From NCBI GenBank assembly GCA_963676795.2, contig CAXXTB010000001.1, forward strand, positions 1 to 64,000: 64,000 bases of DNA, written 5' to 3'. A model generated the notes under the pieces. It ran no database searches. It worked only from the letters and a program-made list of their open reading frames with translations, and was not told the origin of the DNA. This DNA is from Geopsychrobacteraceae bacterium. Lineage in GTDB: Bacteria; Desulfobacterota; Desulfuromonadia; Desulfuromonadales; Geopsychrobacteraceae. The position numbers and the translations under genes were made by a program. This document shows, piece after piece, positions 29,734-38,704 of the stretch (position 1 is its first letter; each line of letters begins with the position of its first letter).

Positions 29734-30919
29734 CCCGTTTCACCAATCCTGCAATGACATAGGTTGCCAGGCCTAAAACAAGCGCCAGCAGCGGGCCGAG
29801 CACCAGCGAACCGAGCAGCCAGTCGAGAAAACGCTGACCGGCCTGATAGCCGAGCGTCTCCAGCGAAAACTCGGTCAGCCAACGCTGATTGCGCAGGTAA
29901 AAGCCGACCTCGATGCAGAGCGCCGGCACCACCGGCGGCATGCACAGCTGGCTGGCAGCGACGCTGACGATCTTGTTGAGGCGAAAAAAACCGCTGACAA
30001 ACAGGATCACCAGAGTATGACAGAAAAGCAGCGGGACCGCGCCGAGAAAAATCCCGACGGCAACGGCCAGCGCCAGCTGCTGCGGGGTGTTCCGGTAGCC
30101 GAGCAGCAGCTTCAGTGACTTCAGCGGCCGCAGCAGCGAAATCTGCCGCGCCAGCGGATCGCCCTGATCATTCTCGCGCTCAAGCGGCACCTTGCGATGC
30201 GGCCAGGGGAGCACAGAGCGCATGGTCAGGTGGGTATTGAGCAGGCTCAGGCGCCAGTTGTCGAGGAAACCGTGAAAGTGTGAAACCCGCTCGTCTGCCG
30301 GAGGATAATAGACCCGGATATCAACATCCTTCAGATGCACTCCGGCCCAGGCCGCCCGCACCATAACTTCAACTTCGAAATTGTAACGACTGGTCCAGAA
30401 ATTGAGATATTTAAAAATCAGCAGCGGATAAGCGCGAAAACCACTCTGGGTATCCTTGAGCCTGATCCCTGTCTGAACCCGCAACCAGAAATTTGAAAAT
30501 TTCCGCCCGAAACGGGATGAACCGGGAATATTCTCGACACTGAAATCACGATGGCCGACATACAAGGCTTCCGGATCCTCGGCAATGGCGGCAAAAAACT
30601 GCGGCAAGTCTTCCGGGTGATGCTGCCCGTCCGCATCGAGGCTGATCATATGGGTCATGCCCCGCTCCAGTCCCCAGGCTGCTGCCGTCTTCAACGCTGC
30701 CCCCTTGCCCTGGTTCTGCTCATGCTGGATCAGCGTCACCGCCAGTCCGTCAAGCTGCGCCGCGACCGGTTCCGTGCTGCCATCATCGACCACCAGCACC
30801 TGGTCATGCTCTGCCAGAACTCCTTGAACAACGTTGCGTAAAGTCCCCGCATGATTGTAGACCGGAACGACGATAAAAATTTTCTCTCGCCCTGTTTTTT
30901 GATTTTCAGCCTGAATCAT
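29717..30919 (-). CDS. GT2 glycosyltransferase fused to a C-terminal membrane domain (DUF2062-like)
   Basis: VVPVYNH, VVDDGST, GKGAAL, DADGQH, DTQSGFRAYP, RVSHF; hydrophobic C-terminal ~150 aa. Confidence 0.9.
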   Translation of the reverse strand: MIQAENQKTGREKIFIVVPVYNHAGTLRNVVQGVLAEHDQVLVVDDGSTEPVAAQLDGLAVTLIQHEQNQGKGAALKTAAAWGLERGMTHMISLDADGQHHPEDLPQFFAAIAEDPEALYVGHRDFSVENIPGSSRFGRKFSNFWLRVQTGIRLKDTQSGFRAYPLLIFKYLNFWTSRYNFEVEVMVRAAWAGVHLKDVDIRVYYPPADERVSHFHGFLDNWRLSLLNTHLTMRSVLPWPHRKVPLERENDQGDPLARQISLLRPLKSLKLLLGYRNTPQQLALAVAVGIFLGAVPLLFCHTLVILFVSGFFRLNKIVSVAASQLCMPPVVPALCIEVGFYLRNQRWLTEFSLETLGYQAGQRFLDWLLGSLVLGPLLALVLGLATYVIAGLVKRDAERV

Positions 30920-30926
30920 TCTTTAG

Positions 30927-32684
30927 CTACATTCTCGGGCAGATCTGACATTCTTCGGCCGGCTCATCACTCAATAGCCGGCGGCGCTGGTCGAGCATAG
31001 CAGAACCATTCCAGATTGTGGATAATTCCTGCTCGAAGATATTACCAAGTCTATCTTCCGGGCGACAATCGCAGAGACAGATATCGCCATCGACATTGAT
31101 TGAAACCGTCTGCCACAGGGAAAAACAGTGGCGGTGCTTCTTTGCTCGGCGATACAGCTGGTCGACCGGCAACAAAAGCGCATCGGCGTAATGTTGCGCT
31201 AATCCGAAGTCCTCCAATCGGCGTACCCCCAGTACCGGTAGGCCCTGGGCATAAGCCCTTCTGATCAGATTTCGCAACGTGGATTCCATTTCGGCATCGA
31301 TTCCAGCGGCCAGACTCTGGTGCTGATTTGCCTTGAAGTTCAGATCACTCAGCATCAGAACATGAACTCCGAAAACTTTGACCCGATCGATCAGTTCTGA
31401 CAGTCCGGAGTATGACGCTACAGAAACCGCACAGAATACGGCCCGTGCCACCGCTCTGTCCAACCGCTGAGCCAAACGGCAGAACTCGCGAATATGTTGC
31501 TCAATCAGAGCAAGATCACTCCCCGCTCTGAGTTTATTGACCTGCCCGGAATCGACACTGTCCAAACTGAAGGTGATTCCATCGAGCCCGGCATCTAGCA
31601 ATCGGGAGGACATCTCAGGCGTCAGCAATTGTCCATTGGTCACCAGTGCAACCCGTCGACCGTGTCGTTTGGCCGTGGCAACCAACTCGACCAACTGAGG
31701 GTGAAGCAACGGTTCTCCAAGACCAACCAATGTCACCCGATATGCGCTCGGCGTTTTTTCGAGAATCGACTCAAACTGATCCGTCGACATATCACGGGCT
31801 GTCACGCCCTTCTGGGTCCGCGCACAGTGACGACAACGAAAATTACATTTGGTCGTCACCTCAATATTCGCAATAACCGGATCCCATGCCACCCAGTCCG
31901 GCAGGTAAATCTTCTCTTTCAGTAGACGCCGCCCGCTTGGCGATTCAACCAGATTCCAGACCTGTTGCCTGTCTACAGCGGCAAAGTCAAGAATCTCCGG
32001 TTCAGCTGCAGCCAAGGTTGTAACAAACCGGTCGATCAAGCCGTGATCCTGACAACAACGGCTGATCTGCAGAATGATAGCAGCGACAGCAGAGGATCTC
32101 TCACTGAACAGATGATGGCCCAGTTCCGCAAAACTGTAGAATGCAGCCCGTTGGCCGAGGTATTGTTTCCACAGCACAGCTTCCGATTCAGGGACTAGAT
32201 CGTCGGCCTTTCCCTGTAGAATGACGGAAGGACAGTCTGGAGGAGCCCCCTCCGCAACAGAGTTAATCATTTTGACCAGACCTGAAACAACGCTCAACGA
32301 AAGCTGATCTTTCCCCGCATGGTGATGCTTCCAGCGCTCAAGATAGTTCAAATCGATGCGGAATGGACTAGCTCCCAAAAGGAGAAGATCCACACTCACG
32401 TCCGTGGACCGTAACGCGTCAAGCAACAGATTTCCACCCGTCGAGTGTCCAAAGACAACCAGAGTTTTTACCCTCTGCCGCAAATCAAGGAGCCGGTGTC
32501 CGATCGCGTCACGCAGCAAAACCGGGTCAAAGCTGTCCGGCAGCCTTCCTTCGGTATGACCAGGCAGAGTGAATTGTTCTGTAGAGCCGGCACCAAACCA
32601 CTCTTCGAGACAATCGGCCAGGACAGAAAGATCGCTCACCTGACCGCTAAAACCGTGAACCAGGAGTATCGCCAGAGAGCTCAT
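30927..32684 (-). CDS. Alpha/beta-hydrolase fused to a radical SAM + SPASM/Twitch domain
   Basis: Start moved to ATG 32684 (GGAG RBS); HGFSG, GHSTG, QGKADDLVP, GHH; then CNFRCRHC, GLGEPLLHP, TNG; C-terminal C..DGDICLCDC..GNI..CQIC. Confidence 0.85.
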   Translation of the reverse strand: MSSLAILLVHGFSGQVSDLSVLADCLEEWFGAGSTEQFTLPGHTEGRLPDSFDPVLLRDAIGHRLLDLRQRVKTLVVFGHSTGGNLLLDALRSTDVSVDLLLLGASPFRIDLNYLERWKHHHAGKDQLSLSVVSGLVKMINSVAEGAPPDCPSVILQGKADDLVPESEAVLWKQYLGQRAAFYSFAELGHHLFSERSSAVAAIILQISRCCQDHGLIDRFVTTLAAAEPEILDFAAVDRQQVWNLVESPSGRRLLKEKIYLPDWVAWDPVIANIEVTTKCNFRCRHCARTQKGVTARDMSTDQFESILEKTPSAYRVTLVGLGEPLLHPQLVELVATAKRHGRRVALVTNGQLLTPEMSSRLLDAGLDGITFSLDSVDSGQVNKLRAGSDLALIEQHIREFCRLAQRLDRAVARAVFCAVSVASYSGLSELIDRVKVFGVHVLMLSDLNFKANQHQSLAAGIDAEMESTLRNLIRRAYAQGLPVLGVRRLEDFGLAQHYADALLLPVDQLYRRAKKHRHCFSLWQTVSINVDGDICLCDCRPEDRLGNIFEQELSTIWNGSAMLDQRRRLLSDEPAEECQICPRM

Positions 32685-32685
32685 A

Positions 32686-33885
32686 TCACTCCACCAGCAA
32701 CGGAAGCAAATTTGGCAAGCCCCGATAAACGCCCATTTTCTTCTGAATTGCCCCGAGTCTGTCTGCTGTCGCGAAGTCAAAAAGCTGCTCGATTTTCTCT
32801 TTTAGACTGTCGCACCCGGCAGCAAGCATCGCTTGCTCATAAACAATCGAATTTCCCAGAAAAGGTTGCCCACAGCTCAGACGCAGGCCACAACCGATCT
32901 GCTCAAGGCAAACCCCGTTATGAGCCTGCTCAGGCTGAAAGGGTAAAACCGCGACCGGTATTTTATGCCGCAACGCTTCAAAAACGGTCGCCTGCCCACC
33001 ATGTGAAACCAAAAGACGAACCCTATTCCACAGCCGATGAAGAGGAGCAAACTGGCGCACGGTCAACCAGGGTTTATCTTCAATTCCTTCGATAACCTTT
33101 GTTTGTCCTCCTCCGGCAAGCAGAACGTGAAAACCCAGTTCATTGAGTTGCTGAGTGATAAAACGAACGCTTGCCCCTTCTCCGACACAGGTTCCAAAAG
33201 TCAGAACCGCCAGAGGACGATTTTCGAACAGTTCAAAATCCTGATATTCTGGGACGTCCATCGACCATTCCGGCATACCGACATGAATACAGCTTGCAGG
33301 AAGTTTGCACTCGAAAAAATCAGGAAAGTCCCATAAAAAAGTTCGCTTTCCCAGCAGCATTTCTCGGGCATCACGAATTCCCGGCAAACCATGGCGATTC
33401 ATGGCAAGGCTCAGCTGTTTTCCGGCATAACGAAAAAATCCGGACATCAGATCCGCCTGTTTGCTCGCCCCCGGCTCATCGGGTAGATAGCCGTAAGCAT
33501 CGCAGGCCCCAGGCAACAGGCAGCCACAGATCAGGGAATCGCATGGTACTTCGGCTATGGCAGCCGAGGCTTTCAGAGTAAAACGAAAAATCCCCAGAAC
33601 CCGGTCGGGCTTATAGGAATCGATCAATTGCCGTTCAGCATTAATGACATGCTCAAGGCCTGACACATTATTAAACCAGGGCACTCCGGGGAAACCGGAG
33701 AAATCGTGATCGCGAATTTCGGGCAAAACAGCATAACAGATATCACTACCAACCAGATAAGACTCCCAGCGCTGGCCGACACCAAGCAAGACATCATGAC
33801 CGAGTTCAGTCAATCCGCGTCGAATTGCCAGTGCTTTTGCAAAGTGTGACAGTGAGTTATTCTCCGCAACAAGCAGAAATCGCAT
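32686..33885 (-). CDS. GT-B fold glycosyltransferase (GT1/GT28-like)
   Basis: LSHFAKALAI...GHDV N-terminus; LTFGT; SHGGQATVFEAL...P...PFQPEQAHN nucleotide-sugar motif; alternative GTG start 33897. Confidence 0.85.
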   Translation of the reverse strand: MRFLLVAENNSLSHFAKALAIRRGLTELGHDVLLGVGQRWESYLVGSDICYAVLPEIRDHDFSGFPGVPWFNNVSGLEHVINAERQLIDSYKPDRVLGIFRFTLKASAAIAEVPCDSLICGCLLPGACDAYGYLPDEPGASKQADLMSGFFRYAGKQLSLAMNRHGLPGIRDAREMLLGKRTFLWDFPDFFECKLPASCIHVGMPEWSMDVPEYQDFELFENRPLAVLTFGTCVGEGASVRFITQQLNELGFHVLLAGGGQTKVIEGIEDKPWLTVRQFAPLHRLWNRVRLLVSHGGQATVFEALRHKIPVAVLPFQPEQAHNGVCLEQIGCGLRLSCGQPFLGNSIVYEQAMLAAGCDSLKEKIEQLFDFATADRLGAIQKKMGVYRGLPNLLPLLVE

Positions 33886-33902
33886 ATCAGACGCCACCCG
33901 AT

Positions 33903-35351
33903 CTAGGAATCGCCATAACGTTTGTTGCTCAGGGCAAAGCGTATAAAGTCAAGCGAACTAACAGCAAAGCGTTTCCAGCTGTCGGGCGATTTCCAGAGCA
34001 TCGCGACATAGCCGAGCATGACCCGCGACTGCTTGAAATGGTTCTTGTAGAATTCGATGAACAGTTTTTCCAGCTGCTCCTTCTCCATGCCATGAGGAAG
34101 AAACTGGAAATGCATGCAGTCCATCTTCGGCCAGTCCTCGTCAAAGGTGCCCACCTCATGAGCGTTCTGGTAGATCGGCGAGCCGGGGAACGGGGTGAAC
34201 TTGGCGAGATTGAAGTCGTCCAGCTTGAGACCGTAGACGTAATCCATACTGCGCCGGATCGACGCCTCGCTCTCACCGGGCAGCCCCATCATCAGCAGCC
34301 CCTTGGTTCGGATACCACAACCCTTGATCATACGGATCGTCTCGGCCATAAAGTCGAGGTTGACATTCTGGCGGTGCTGGGAGAGCAGCTGCTCGTCGCC
34401 GCTCTCGATCCCCAGACTGACCATCCAGCAGCCGGCCGCCTTCATCAACTTCATCAGATCATGGTCGATATGCTCGGCACGCACCGCACAGTTGTAGGTC
34501 ATCCCGAGCGGCTTGTTGATCAGCATGTTACACAGCTCTTCGACCCGCCCGCGATGAAAGGTGAACTGATCGTCATAGAAATTGATATGGCGGATACCGA
34601 AGCGCTCTTTCAGGTACTTCAGGTGGTTGTAAAGGTACTCCGCCGAGTTGTAGCGGAAACTGCTCTGGAAGACGCTGCGGTCGCAGTAGCTGCACTTGTA
34701 GGGGCAGCCCCGGCTGGAGATACAGCTGCTGTTGGGCGCCTTCGGATAGTTGAAGATCGGCAACTTGTAGCTGTCGGGGTAGCCGGGCAGCTTCTCATAG
34801 GCGGGAAAGGGCAGCTCGTCGAGAACCAGGCGATCCTTGCGGTAACCGTTGTTGACCACCTCACCTAATTGGGTGCGCCAGACCACACCACCGATTTCTC
34901 TTGGCTCATCGCTGCCCAATTCGGTCAGTTCGAGCATGGTCTGTTCCCCCTCGCCGATGACCGCGTAATCGATAGCCGGCGAAAAGTCGAGAATCCGCTC
35001 CTTGAGCGCCGAAACATGGGCACCGCCAAAGGCGATGCGGATCTCCGGCAGCTCCTGTTTGGCAACCTCGGCCATGCGCACGCTGTCGTGAAAGCTCGCC
35101 GTGGTACAGCTCACTCCGAGCAGGGCCGGACGCTCTGAACGCAACAGGTCGAGAAACTTCTGCTCAGCGCGCGGCTCCGCATAGCAGTCGAGGATGACCG
35201 TCCGGTAGCCGGCCCGGTCGAGATAGGCGGCGATGCTGGCCAGCCCCAATGGCGGCATGATATTCGCCTTGCGCGAGATATCCCGGCCAGCTGCTTCAGC
35301 CTGGTACCCGAGCGGATGCAAAAGGAGTATTTTGCGCTGATCCAAACTCAT
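33903..35351 (-). CDS. Cobalamin-binding radical SAM enzyme (class B methylase/BchE-like)
   Basis: PPLGLASIAAYL, GGAHVS, IGEGE, SRGCPYKCSYC, GIESG, TPFPGS. Confidence 0.94.
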   Translation of the reverse strand: MSLDQRKILLLHPLGYQAEAAGRDISRKANIMPPLGLASIAAYLDRAGYRTVILDCYAEPRAEQKFLDLLRSERPALLGVSCTTASFHDSVRMAEVAKQELPEIRIAFGGAHVSALKERILDFSPAIDYAVIGEGEQTMLELTELGSDEPREIGGVVWRTQLGEVVNNGYRKDRLVLDELPFPAYEKLPGYPDSYKLPIFNYPKAPNSSCISSRGCPYKCSYCDRSVFQSSFRYNSAEYLYNHLKYLKERFGIRHINFYDDQFTFHRGRVEELCNMLINKPLGMTYNCAVRAEHIDHDLMKLMKAAGCWMVSLGIESGDEQLLSQHRQNVNLDFMAETIRMIKGCGIRTKGLLMMGLPGESEASIRRSMDYVYGLKLDDFNLAKFTPFPGSPIYQNAHEVGTFDEDWPKMDCMHFQFLPHGMEKEQLEKLFIEFYKNHFKQSRVMLGYVAMLWKSPDSWKRFAVSSLDFIRFALSNKRYGDS

Positions 35352-36713
35352 CTAGGCGGTCACCTGTTTACGCTGACGCGGAAAGCGGATGATCCGGTCC
35401 CACATCAGGCCACGGAAGCCGAGAGCTGTCATCTCGCGCATTTTCTCCAGACCGACTGACGGCGGAAAGATCCGGTCCATGCGGCCGGCAAAGGACGCGG
35501 TAATACGCTCATTCATCCAGTCGCGGTCGATCTCCGGCGAGAAATAATAGACCGGCTTAAGCAGCGAGGTCTCAGGCGTAATGATCCCCTGCTCAATGGC
35601 CAGCTTTTCGAGCGGCGCATTGGGATGGATGCGGATCCCGGAAAAGCCAAAGACCACTGCCCGGCCCAGCGCCTCGATATTCTGCAGTCCCTCTTCGAGG
35701 GTTTCGGCTGTCTCGCCAGGGCCACCGAACATGATGTAGTGAGCGGCCGGCAGCCTTGCCTCCCAGCAGGCCTCGTTGAGCTTGAGAATCTCGGCAAAGC
35801 TCAGGCGCTTGTTGATACCGGCCAGGGTCCGGTCGGACGCGGCGTCGGTTCCAAGCTCAAGGGCATAGAGCCCGGATCTTTTCATCAGCTCGAGCTCCTG
35901 CTTGCCGAGCCCCTGCGGCCTGAAGAACGCCGCCCAACCGATGCCGATATCGCGGCGGATCAGCTCTTCGACCAGTTCGAGATAGTCGCCTTGCGGGTCG
36001 TTGAACACCGAGTCGGTAAAAAAAACCTTGTCAACGCCATGCTCCTGTTTGAGGGCCGCGAGCTCGTCGACGATGGTCCGGGGATCGCGCTTGCGGTAGC
36101 TGTGTCCCTCCAGGTGCGGATAGGAGCAGTAACTGCACTGAAACGGACAGCCGCGCTTGGTCTGAAAGTTGAGCATCCCGCTCTTTTCGCTGTAGAATTT
36201 GACAAACTCGGGCACATAACAGGGAGATCCGAAATCGGCGCCACCGAGCGGGGCCTGACGCTCGATAATTTTTGCCACGCTGCGACCTGCAGTAAGATCC
36301 TCAACCAGAGCAGGAAAGCTGGCCTCCCCCTCACCGATCAAGGCATGATCGACCCCCAGGTAATCGGCGATGATTTCCGGCATGATCGTCAACGCCGGCC
36401 CACCAACCACGATCGGTGCAGACGAGTAGCTACGCAGCTGATTGACCAGTTCCCGCGTCCGCGCCAGGTACCAGCCGTCTTCACCACAGAAGGAATCGAT
36501 GTTATCGATATTGCGCAGCGAGATGCCGATGACCTCCGGTGCGAACTCGTCGATCTGCTCCCTGAGCAGCTCCATCCCCAGTGCCAGGCAGTCGTACTGA
36601 CGCACCTTGTGCCCTGCAGCGATCAGCGCCCCACAGACAACGGCCATGCCGAGCGGATAGACGGGGTAGGGATCGACCGTAGTATTGCTGGAGATAAAGA
36701 AGACCCGGCTCAT
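35352..36713 (-). CDS. Lipid-biosynthesis B12-binding/radical SAM protein (ladderane-cluster-associated type)
   Basis: ISSNT..PYPVYPLGM, GISLRNIDN, TKRGCPFQCSYC, FFTDSVFND; N-terminus resembles TIGR04072 as I recall it. Confidence 0.88.
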   Translation of the reverse strand: MSRVFFISSNTTVDPYPVYPLGMAVVCGALIAAGHKVRQYDCLALGMELLREQIDEFAPEVIGISLRNIDNIDSFCGEDGWYLARTRELVNQLRSYSSAPIVVGGPALTIMPEIIADYLGVDHALIGEGEASFPALVEDLTAGRSVAKIIERQAPLGGADFGSPCYVPEFVKFYSEKSGMLNFQTKRGCPFQCSYCSYPHLEGHSYRKRDPRTIVDELAALKQEHGVDKVFFTDSVFNDPQGDYLELVEELIRRDIGIGWAAFFRPQGLGKQELELMKRSGLYALELGTDAASDRTLAGINKRLSFAEILKLNEACWEARLPAAHYIMFGGPGETAETLEEGLQNIEALGRAVVFGFSGIRIHPNAPLEKLAIEQGIITPETSLLKPVYYFSPEIDRDWMNERITASFAGRMDRIFPPSVGLEKMREMTALGFRGLMWDRIIRFPRQRKQVTA

Positions 36714-37969
36714 CCGACGGCCTTTTTGAACATCCTGCTCTTACGTGGATTGTAACGGTGATAGGTGCCGTCATCCATCTCCCGGGCGATGACCTTCTTG
36801 AACAGGTTGCCCATCTTGAGCTGATGGCCGCCGTCGGCGTAGAAGGTATCCCAGGCGTAGTAGTACATCTCCTGCAGCTTCTCCGGGGTCATCTGTTTCG
36901 GTTGGAAGACAACCTTGTCGGCGGTATAGTGCAGCCAGTTGTTCGTCAGGATGCGCCCTTCCTCCTCGTACTGCTTGCGGATCGGAGATTTCATAAACGG
37001 AGTCATGATGGTAAACTCGGCAACATCCAGCTCGACCTCGAGCAGAAAGTCGACCAGCCGCTTGATGTAATCCTCGTCCTGATCGTCAGTACCGAGGATA
37101 ATCGTTCCCTCGACACCGATCCCGTGGTCCTTGAGGCGCTTGATCCGGTTGCGGATGACCTCGGAAGTATCGAAGATCGCCTGGTAGACATACCAGGCTC
37201 CGGCCTCGGCCGCGGCCTTGAGGACCTCGTCGTCATCGAGGATCGGGTGGGAGACAAATTTCTTTTTGAGCGGCTTCATCGCGGTGAACAATTCGAGCAG
37301 CCACTTCTTGTCCTGAGCCAGCGAGTTGTCGACGACGAACAGGCGGTTGTTCTGGATCGCCGCCATCTCCTCGATGACCATCTCGACCGGGCGCGGGCGA
37401 AACAGTCGCCCCCCCAGGTAACCGGTACAACAGGGGAAACAGTTGAACTTGCAGCCGCGCGAAGCGTGGACCAGGTCGAGCATCTGCACACCGCGATAGT
37501 TGTAGAGTTCACGGTCGAGGATGTCGCGTCGCGCGGTTCCGACCAGGTTGATGTCGGGATGCTGGTGCATGTAGTTGTAGACTGGCTTGAGCTGACCATT
37601 CTGGAAGTCCTGCAGAACCTGCTCGATACGCCCCTCGACCTCACCAAGAAAGACGCAGTCGGCATGCTGCTGAACCTCTTCGGCATGGAGCATGGTCGCA
37701 ATGCCGCCAAACATGACCTTCTTACCGCGGGCCCGAAACTCGTCAGCGATTTCAAATGCGCGCGGCAGCTGGGCCGTCAGCATGGTCGAAATCCCGACCA
37801 GATCACATGAGGCGTCAAAGTCGATGGTCTGGAGGTTCTCATCGGTAAAGTTGACCTCGACATAATCAGGTAGCGCCGCAGCGAAAACCACCGGCCCATG
37901 GGGCGGCAGGTGGAACTCGGTCTGGCGATCGAGCTTCGGCCAACGTGGATAGATCAGTTCTAATTTCAT
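36710..37969 (-). CDS. Cobalamin-binding radical SAM enzyme
   Basis: LVGIST, MFGGI, FLGEVE, SRGCKFNCFPC, FTIMTPF, VVFQPKQMTPE. Confidence 0.92.
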   Translation of the reverse strand: MKLELIYPRWPKLDRQTEFHLPPHGPVVFAAALPDYVEVNFTDENLQTIDFDASCDLVGISTMLTAQLPRAFEIADEFRARGKKVMFGGIATMLHAEEVQQHADCVFLGEVEGRIEQVLQDFQNGQLKPVYNYMHQHPDINLVGTARRDILDRELYNYRGVQMLDLVHASRGCKFNCFPCCTGYLGGRLFRPRPVEMVIEEMAAIQNNRLFVVDNSLAQDKKWLLELFTAMKPLKKKFVSHPILDDDEVLKAAAEAGAWYVYQAIFDTSEVIRNRIKRLKDHGIGVEGTIILGTDDQDEDYIKRLVDFLLEVELDVAEFTIMTPFMKSPIRKQYEEEGRILTNNWLHYTADKVVFQPKQMTPEKLQEMYYYAWDTFYADGGHQLKMGNLFKKVIAREMDDGTYHRYNPRKSRMFKKAVG

Positions 37970-38014
37970 CGGTCATACACTCCCCGACAGTGTCAGATCT
38001 AGACAGCTGTCTGC

Positions 38015-38704
38015 TTAGGATAATTCCAGGCAGCGCCGCAACAGGTCGGCCAATCCGTCAATCGGTCGGCCTGCAAAGGTCAGTTGCTGCTCATTCAGTT
38101 CCAGAATGCCGTAACCGGCGTTCTCATCATCTTCTTTGCTCAACAGCAAAAACAGCCCGCCGGTCAGGTCTGCTGAATCACGGGCCATGACATCACAAAA
38201 ACCCACAAGCACTCCATCCTGACCACTCCAGGCCAATTCTTCAAGAGCATAACTCAAGGTTCTGCTCAGGTCAGGATCATGATGGCTCAGGACCAGGCAG
38301 TTCCCGGTCAGACCATGGCGCAAGGCAGCTTCGCCGAGGAAACAGTTGGGCAAGGTATAAGCAAACAGGTTCGGACTGGCCAGCTTGCCCTGCTCCGACT
38401 GCAGAGTCTCTAGATAAGCGAGATCGGTCGCCATGCACCCGGCCCGACTGGCGGCGATGATCCCGATCGGCCGTTTCTCGCTCCAGGCTTCAACTCCGGC
38501 ATCGCGCAGACAAAAGGTCAGGGCGCCCAGACCGACGCGTGAAAAATCGTCGAGCCGGCCGAAACGCTTGTCGATCTCGGCAAACAGATCCTTGCGGGTC
38601 GGGATCGGCAGCTGTCCACTTTGCAGCGGGAAGGATCCACCCAGCCGTCCCTGGCCGAAGCCGGCCGGAGTCACCCAGCCTATTCCTTTTAGACAGGCTT
38701 TCAT
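38015..38704 (-). CDS. Truncated ketosynthase N-terminal-domain protein (CLF-like)
   Basis: GIGWVTP, RFGRLD, SPNLFAYTLPN; 229 aa; no catalytic triad; coupled to the preceding KS. Confidence 0.82.
   Translation of the reverse strand: MKACLKGIGWVTPAGFGQGRLGGSFPLQSGQLPIPTRKDLFAEIDKRFGRLDDFSRVGLGALTFCLRDAGVEAWSEKRPIGIIAASRAGCMATDLAYLETLQSEQGKLASPNLFAYTLPNCFLGEAALRHGLTGNCLVLSHHDPDLSRTLSYALEELAWSGQDGVLVGFCDVMARDSADLTGGLFLLLSKEDDENAGYGILELNEQQLTFAGRPIDGLADLLRRCLELS

Noticed and set aside
38015..38704. Possible ketosynthase pseudogene
   Set aside because: Intact, coupled ORF with no downstream remnant; short KS-N-only partners are normal in such clusters
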